60,962 nt of DNA from Reclinomonas americana ATCC 50394. Taxonomy: Eukaryota. Positions 53,001 to 60,962 of this stretch are shown piece after piece. The first letter of the stretch is position 1, and the number at the start of each line of letters is the position of its first letter. The notes beneath the pieces were generated by a model. The model had not been told where the DNA came from. It ran no database searches and saw nothing but the letters and a program-made list of their open reading frames with translations. The stretch is taken from positions 110,753-171,714 of the forward strand of contig PS015452.1 in assembly GCA_048213135.1 (NCBI GenBank). Direction: 5' to 3'. Made by a program: the position numbers and the translations under genes.

Positions 53001-56000
53001 GTTCGACGGACTCAAGCATGCTCTGCGCCGCGTGATTGCCGAGGTTGGTGTCACTGCATGACAGTAATCGCCAATGGTTGTTACTCATGCTCCACTCTCC
53101 AGCTCCCATTCCTGACCGACGAGTTTCCCCGCACGTGGATCAGTCTTGCGTATGCGCTGGAGGGTCGAGCGAATGCTGGCGACAAGTTCATCACGACGAC
53201 GCAAATCAATCAGATGGCAACACAAGTTGGTTTCCAGCCGGCGGATGTGAGAGACGGATACGTTTGCCGTGTTGTACTTGGTGCACTTTGGCAGGTATGC
53301 GCCGCTGCTTGCGCTACTGACGGAAGAGGAGATGTCACTGATTTCTCATGTGTGTGCAGTGGGGCATCTGCGCCACGTTCCAGCCACACAACCTCATGTC
53401 CACGATCGTGTTGCTGGACATGGCGTTTTTGACGGCGCTTCTCGGCCGCATTCTGCAGTGCCCGGTGGCGCTGCTGGAAACTCACGGTTCGCTCGTATCG
53501 CTGGAGCTTACAGAAGCACTGTGGATTCCGTCGCAGCACGGCAATCAAGTGGTCTGTTGTTGTACAAAGCAATACCGCATGCTTTCTATGTGTTGTCATC
53601 TCTCACCACCAACTGTTTGTGCAGCCCATGGTCGACTTGCTGCCAGCTGGCACAGACTGCTCGCCATTCTTCGACCTGATTGTCGCCATGGAAGTCGGCA
53701 CGTTGATGGCGCCTGGCATGCTTCTGGTGCCACATTTGCTTGCACCACTGCCCGCATTCGACGATGATCGTATTCTGCTGGAGGAGGCCGACGAAGCTCC
53801 GCACTGGGCGATGCGTGCATCTCAGCCTGCCGCTGCAGCTGCCGTCGGTGGCAGCGGTATCCCAAATGCAGCGGCCAGCAACGTGTTCACCATGCTCGGC
53901 TCGATGCAGCAGCTGACTGGCCAGCTGATGTGTGTGCTGAACCGCGTCGCCCAAGTGCGACCAATCTGCGCAACAGCGGTGAAGTGCGATTTCGCGGAAC
54001 TTCGCGCCACGGCAGTGGTGCACGTGGCAAACAATGGCTCCCAGGTTATCGTCCGTGTGGCTCCTGCCGCGGACGAGCGAGCTCAACCGGTCATGCCTAT
54101 CCGTCAACTGTCTTCAGTAGTCGGCAATATTCTGCTGCGCCTGCTGTCGGAGGAACTGCCGGGATTCGCGGAGGAGCGCTGTGTCATGTGTCCGCAGTGT
54201 GAAGCTCGTGGTCATGTCGACCGTCCAAAGCTGTTCTGGGAGGTTCGTTCCTGATATCTTCTCAGTAGTGATGTTGGTTGTAACGACGACAGCTGCATGC
54301 AGGAAGAGTTGCGACAGATGGTCAAGTACGTTGATCGCGTGGACTGCGATGTCTGTGGTGGCTCTGTGCAGCTAGTCGATCTGTTGTTGGAGGCACGCGA
54401 TACGACACTGGTACCTCTGGCGGAGCGTATTATGGCCTCGTCTGAGTCGCCAGCTGCCGCAGCTTCGTCGGTTGGAAGTGCAAGTGGTTCTGCAAGCTCG
54501 GATGGTGAGCTTCTCCTTGATGGATGTCGACTCAAAATGAGATGGTGACTGAGGAAGACTGTCCTTGCACACAGCTGCATTCGATGCCATTCAGTCCAGC
54601 CAGATCCGCATGCAGCAGCGCATGCGCGCCATGCAAGAAGCGAATGTTAAGGATCAAGATCACTTGCAGCACATTCATGTTGCGTCGATGAGATACTTGT
54701 TGGCGCAGCTCTTCGGTGGTATTCACCGCTTGGTTCTCTTGCAGGTCGACGTGGGGGAAGTCCGTCACATGCAAGACGCTTTTATGCGTGCCATTGAGCG
54801 CAACCTGCATTTGCTGTGGCCCTCTGCAGTGTTGCTGCTCCCGGACAAGCGCAGTGGCAGTGAAGAGGTGTGTGCTGGTGGTGATTTGTGAGTGATTTCC
54901 CTCTGTCGTTACTCACCACACCACTACAGACATGGATGCAGCGCCTCTACGCATCACTGACTGGCGCGCCGTCGACCTTCAAGATCCATGTGCTGTGCGA
55001 GTTCACACTGGCGCTGGACGAATCGCTTGTTGAACGATGCGAAGGTCACAGTACCAGATCGGCGTCTGCTTCTGCGGCCGATGGCAAGGTGGGGATTTGT
55101 ATGATGCCTGCGGCACTTCTGGTGACTGCTGACACTTTTCGCGAAAAAAGATTGTTGTTCCACTGTGGCATCTCAGTCCCGATCACCAAGGCTTCGATGC
55201 GAAAGAGCTGAAGAAGTGGGCCAAGAAGGTGCTGCCGTGGTTGCGCCGTGGACTGCAGGCGCTAGGGTCCGTTGTCTTGTGCACCTCTTCGTGCTTGCCG
55301 CATGATGATACTTATCTTTTTGCGGTCGACAGAACTCTGGCTCGTGGTGGACAGCTTGCTGGCCTCGGCTCACAGGAAGTATTCGGGTTCCCGGCTGAAG
55401 CAGAGCCAGCGACCATGCAGCACGTGTACGAGTTCATCGATGCCGCTGTGCCAGCACTCGAAAAGGCAGCAGGAACGCGTGTGTCCATGGAAGAAGGACA
55501 AGCGGCAGCCACAGCTTCGACATCCAATGCACTGTCGGTAAGCCACCACTGCACAGACATTGCGATGATGGTGTGCTTGGTGTGAATGCTCAGCTGCTCT
55601 ACTCTATCTCTACAGTTCGAGGTGCCATTGAGTGTGGAGCACAGCATGACGCTGCTTTCGCAAGGCGTTCCGCAACGGCTTGAGGAGTTGCGGCACGCGA
55701 TCGTAATGTTGCGCTGATTCGTCGAGACTCATTGTCTGCTTGTCCAGAGCCGACGCCCAAGCGGCCATGGAGTTCCTGAAACTGCCTGCCCGGGTGGTGA
55801 CCCAGGTTGGCGGATTGCACGCGACGCTGGTGACTCGCGACGCTCCGTGCGGTCGTGCCGGCACGTTCCTCTGGTGCTGCCAGGGCCACCGCGACCTCAT
55901 CCGTCAGTGGAACGACTCACAAGTTGTGGAGGAGGAAGTGTTTGTGCGGCAGGCTCTGCAAGTGTGTCAGTGCGGCACCCGTATCCTCAGTCACATGTGA
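50050..56000 (+). CDS. ROCO-family protein: hydrophobic and Cys-rich N-terminus, LRR-like repeats, Pro-rich linker, Roc GTPase and COR; 3' end 56000-56156 uncertain
   Basis: P-loop GAGGVGKTS, G3 FDMGGQHDY, HRRFLSERTVYLVV, PWLDLL, VVLTKGE, VSASNGTGFDGLK, FPRTWISL, zinc-ribbon CPQC/CDVC and C-terminal FKIHVLCE...HQGF. Confidence 0.82.
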
Positions 56001-56595
56001 CCGCTGGTCACGCGACAGTAGCTGCAAGCCTCTGAGTGCTTCAGAGATGTCAGCAACAACGACAATAACAATTCATTCACCCGCCGTCTCCAAAACATCA
56101 GTCTTGAAGGCATCGGCAGCGTTTCTTGTTTGCGCCTTCGTCGACAACTGCGATAAGATCAAGCGTGGCTGAGCAGTGGATGTTGACGCTTGCGTAGACG
56201 CTCAGGGCTCAGTGTTTTTCGCGGTCGAACACAACAATCAACACAAACACCAGTCGTGACTGCAATTACAACAACAACACAACTGCTTTACTAATCCAAA
56301 CAGCAACACAGCTGTATGATGATCACAATCTGTACAACAACAACAACAACAACTTTACAAGTCCAAACAGCAACACAGCTGCATGATGATCACCATCTTG
56401 AGTGATATTCTGCACGCTCTCGTTAGTGATCATCAAGTTTGGCACTTTTGCACAATTCCCAGAGTCTAGTTGCCACGTCCACGCACCGCTGTGGCAACAG
56501 CTCGTCGCTGCGCAGACGTCCTGTGTCCTTGTCCGCACTCCCTTCTTCAATTGCATTCCGAGAGAGCGCGCATTTCCACACTTTCACGAACAACC

Positions 56596-57426
56596 ATGTT
56601 TGCAGTTCCGCAAAAGCGTACCACGGGAGGAGGAGGAGGAGGCCGCGCTGCACCACCAGCCACCGCTCGCAAGCAGCCAGCAAAGAGCCCGTCACGCAAA
56701 CCAGCGGCGAAAGAAACGTGCGTGCAGCCCAATTGAAGTTGATGGACATTCTGTTCGACTGACTGATTTATCGCTGCGATTACTTTGCCACGGTCAGGGA
56801 CTACTCCCCCGTTTCTCTGTCGACCCTGTTGGCCTGGTCGCCGGTCAAGGGCGGTGATGCGTACCCCTCGGAAGTCATGCGTCAGGCGGCCGGATCGGTC
56901 GCGAACAGTGCTCGTGCTCAACTGCGGCACATGGTGGAGAACATGCAAGTGGAGCGCGGTGCGGTCACGGTCGCGCTCAAGAAACTGGCGCAGCCGTTGC
57001 ACAAGGTACTGTTTCGTGTGACTTTGGTGCTGTCAAGCAAACGGTACACTCACCACCCACGCGGTTCGCAGGAGTTGTCCCGCACAGAAATGGCGCGACT
57101 CGAGCAGCGGCGATTGACGGTGATCAACGAAATCGAGGCCCATGCCTCAGGCATGGAGGCTGAGACACGCGCGCTACTGGTTTGTGTTGAGCGTCGTGTA
57201 GAGCATGCAATGCACTGCCCCTTCTCACCTGGGTGGACAGAAGGATCACGCGAACATGGTCACGAAACTGCGATCGATGACCGAGTCGAGCAGCACGGCG
57301 CTGGATCGCATGTGCGAGGAACTGGTTGAGCGCGCGCGAGCGGCAGTGAACCGAAGCGCCCGGGAGGTTCTGCGGCAGCCAGCGCCAGCACCGTCTCGCT
57401 CTAACCGAGGAAACGGGCGTTCGTGA
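56596..57426 (+). CDS. Small hypothetical protein: basic N-terminal tail plus coiled coil, 3 introns
   Basis: MFAVPQKRTT...KET|DYSPVSLSTLLAWSPVK...HK|ELSRTE...ALL|KDHANM...GRS*; all junctions GT-AG. Confidence 0.65.
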
Positions 57427-58233
57427 CTCGAGCAATTGCATTGGCCCGGCACATACAGGTCATTGTCCGCCACATCCACGGTGGTGCGCTGTACACGACA
57501 ATGAACGTCCGCCGGCTGCTTGCAGTACGTGACCTTGTAGAGAGATGGCTCTGCGATAAAGGACATTCTCGATCCAGGCAAATTCAGTGTCGTCACTGTA
57601 TTCGATTACAGGTGGTGTTTCTGAGTGGACACGCTACAATCTGCAAGCCTCTTACTGCGGTTGTGTCGCATGCCTGCTGGTGACAGTGGGTGCTGTCGAG
57701 GATTGGTGCAGTTTACCGAAGCGTTCGAGCAAGACGAATATTGCATGAAATTCGAACTTACTCGTCAGCATCGTTGCGTTCCTTAGTACGCATAAAAGTG
57801 ACACACTGCTGCATCGCCTGTGCCGCACACACTGCTGCCGCTGCTGTGCCCACGCGCGCACGCTGGAGAGGACAATCATCAATTCGAACATGGCGGCACT
57901 CAACGGACGTCAATATGATGAACTGCGCAGAAACAGTGTTTGCGCGCGGCATTTTCCAACGGTCGTTTCAATCAACATTGTCGGCATCTCTGCACGCAAG
58001 GTATCTCTCGCCCCCGTCAATCACACACACATAGGCACACACACATACACACATGCACACACGCAGAGAGTGTTGGCGCGTGTGATTGTGTTTTGTGCAC
58101 GCGCGCGCACGCAGTGTAGTGATGACCTCATGCTCACTGTCTCTCTCTCTCTCCACACACACACACAGAGAGGGTCGCTGACGTGCGTGCGCGGAGAGGA
58201 GGAGCGTGAGTGTGTGAGTGTGTGCCTCACTTC

Positions 58234-60868
58234 ATGAGTGATCCACCACGACCATCGCACGGCGACAATGGTGGTGGCACTCAGCCGCCACAGAGAGCAA
58301 TCGCCTCTGTGCGTGCACCGCTCCACCGCATGTCGTCACTAATGACTACCACCGCGGCACCAGAACAACAACAACAACAGCAGCAGCAGCAACAACAACA
58401 TCGAGGCAGTGGTGTGATGCCGCTTTTGCGCTCCATCACCAACTCCTCACTGACGATTTTGCGCGAGGCCACTGCCGACGCGGTCGTTCGCGATCGATCG
58501 CCCTCACCAGCAGCGACGCCCGGGCAGAGAAGGCGACCGGCGACTGCGCACCCGCCCAGTTCCACACCGCCTGTTCGCGGCTCGGGGTCGCTGGGAAGTG
58601 GGCCGATTGAGACAATCACACAGCCGGTGACTGTCGGTGACATTGGGTATGAGCCGAGGCCGTTCCTGGAGAGTGCACGAGGCGACAGGGGTGGAAAGCG
58701 GCCGTCTCTGACTGTGGATGCGGCGGCGCCTCGTGCTGCAGCGTCGCCACTGTCAACGTCGTCGTCATTATCATCATCATCATCACCACCACCATTACCA
58801 ACGCAGCAGCAGCAACCACAGCAGCAGCACAGAAGACTCGGTTCAATAGCAGACTCGGATGGCGGGGGCAACGGTCGCCGCGATTCGCTGCAACCACACG
58901 GCTCCCTGATGGCTTCTGTGGGCAACGATGACGCGACGCTGGCGGCGCGTCGTCGATCCAGTCTGCGAGTGCCACCACTAATTACGTCGCTGGCGCTCTC
59001 TCCTGGCAGCGCACTGTCACCGCAGTCGGCGGTCGATGGCGTGCCAACGTCGCCAGTGAGTGCGGTGGCGCACGCGGCCATGGCCAGCAGCCCTGCCGCG
59101 CAGGCGAGTTACGCCGCTCTGTTGCGGCAGAGTCAGCTGCACCAGAGGCGGCCGAGTGCCGAGTTTGATGAGTTGCTTGTGCCGGCGCCACCACTTGCGC
59201 CTCCCTTGCATGTGGCGTCTGGTGGCGGCAGTGACCGCTCTCGGCGCGTAAGCTTGGCCAGTCGCAGCACGGCTGCGTCGCACACCGCGGTCGACGACGA
59301 TGAGGGCGACACTACCGCGCCGCAGCATGTATCTGGATCGCAGTCACGGAGACGCGGGTCGGCGTCAGCAGTGGCAGCAGCGGCGACGGCATCGGCCGAT
59401 TTTCTGTGGCAGACGTTACGTCTCACACACACACGTATATCCGGTTTTGGCAGCAGCGAGACACATGCGCACGCAGAGGAGGAGTATTCTTGTTCATATT
59501 CAGCCTCATTACTCGCAGTTTGCTGTGTGTCTCCTCTGCAATCCCACCCTGTCGCTTGTGCTTGTATACGCAGCGAGAGGGAAAACACTTTTCTATCGTG
59601 TGCATTGCTGACCAATAAGCTGGTTTTGTCGTCTGGGCTGTCTGGTTTTGACTCATCTGATTGTGCGTTTCGTGTGCATCGACGCAGTCCCGGAGTACCG
59701 TCCTTGCCACGGAGCGACGGTGGTGCGCATGCAGACGCTGCAGCCATCGACAATCTGCTGGTATTGGACCCCAACGGCAACACTTTGGCGACCGACCTCG
59801 TCGCTCAGCAGTGGCGCATGCGGCTGATGTCGCAGAACGCCGCTCACGAGGACACAAAGCAACAGCTGGCCGAGGCGCTGCGCAATGTTGCGATTTGATG
59901 CTCTCCATATTTGGCGTGTCTCATCTCTCCCACAACGCACACTCACACACACACACGCAATCCGCATCAACACAGGTGCAAATTCTTGGTGAGCTGAGTG
60001 CCCGCTTGTACGAGAAGTTTGAGGTGGAGCAGACCAGGCGAAGGCAAGCACAGCGTGAACTGCGCCGTCTGCGAGAGGTGTGTCATGGCCCGCTGCGAAT
60101 CTCACACCCTGTGTGACGACGACTCTGACACTTGTGTGCACGGCAGGAACTGACGATGCGACGCGAGCTGGAAAAGAGGCACAACGAAGAGCGTGCCTCA
60201 TTAACAGATCGTGTGGCCGAGCTCGAGGGCACGCTTAAAGCTATTTTGGCGGCAGCTCGTGATTTCACGAGCGAGCAAAAGGGGACTGCTCTCGATTTGT
60301 CATCGTTAAGTGTTCATTGTGCGTGCCTGTCAACCGCGGACGCCGCTGGTGCTGACATCCTCTCTCCCTCTCTCCCCCACTAACCAGTGATGCCACTGGT
60401 GCGGATGCTACCTCTGCGTCTGGCGGCCACGGTATTGGCGTTGGAGACATGCACTACAATACCGTAATCGACAACCTGCTGAGAAGGAGTAGTCTCGTGG
60501 ATGCCAGTGCACTACTACCCACTGGCGGTGACTCTGCTCGTTCGCGCGTGGCAGTGGCCGCAGCTGCAGCCGCTGCAGCGCTCCTCTCTCCGTCGACTGC
60601 GTCGAAGAGATTAAGTTCTCACGACAGTGGTGACGAGAGTGCACTCGACGAATCGTCCTTCAGCAGTGGTGGAGCCACCGACGACGCGATTGGCGAGGCA
60701 CCATCACGGCGTCGAAATGGTGGCGACTCGGACGAGTTGGCCGAGGACGCAGACTATCTTGACGATAGGCCTCGAGCGGGCATAACGATGCAGGTGACAG
60801 TGGAGCACATGGCGAGTCCATCCACCGCCGACCAGGTGGCGCCTGGTCGTGTTATAAGAGGCGACTAG
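58234..60868 (+). CDS. Hypothetical protein, low complexity with a central coiled coil
   Basis: ORF 58210-59898 joined by GT-AG introns to VQILGELSARLYEKFE..., ELTMRRELEKRHNEE... and final exon ending at TAG 60868. Confidence 0.65.
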
Positions 60869-60962
60869 CCTCTCTCTCTCTCTCTCTCTCTTTGTGAACA
60901 ATCTTCTAACATTTATGCTGCATGGCCAGTCTCTCTATCTATCTATCTCTCTCTCTCTCTCT

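Noticed and set aside
57430-58140. Possible small Cys-containing minus-strand gene
   Set aside because: Some splice-like signals, but I could not build a consistent model and it would overlap the 3' end of the plus-strand gene.
1-60962. Alternative genetic code, CRISPR arrays, transposases or introner-type repeated introns
   Set aside because: In-frame stops in conserved genes are explained by introns; no repeat-spacer arrays or transposase motifs seen; intron bodies are not similar to each other.

Overview
GC-rich, gene-dense eukaryotic (protist-like) nuclear DNA with many short spliceosomal introns (mostly 50-90 nt), (GT/CA)n microsatellites and one assembly gap. The ORF track is therefore fragmented; I rebuilt gene models by hand by restoring reading frames across GT-AG junctions, so exon limits are approximate. 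Genes found: two divergent CEP89-like coiled-coil genes, an SLC25A43-like mitochondrial carrier, two tandem GST-fold genes (one with PTS1 SKL), an intronless WD40 gene, two tandem tRNA-Phe(GAA), a gamma-glutamyl hydrolase-like gene, eIF3d, a 14-kb UBA/SPRY/DUSP-UBL/HECT gene, two tandem SV2/SVOP-like MFS transporters, a Cys-rich LRR-Roc-COR gene and several unknown genes. The most striking signal is in splicing. I counted 36 introns starting with GTTGCG, the usual GTGCG(T) motif shifted by one base, and 34 of them lack the exon -1 G. The window also has a U12-type AT-AC intron and an intronic box C/D snoRNA candidate whose guide fits U6 snRNA A53. Two enzymes (the hydrolase and the HECT domain) have lost their catalytic residues. 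Family assignments come from recalled motifs, not database searches.
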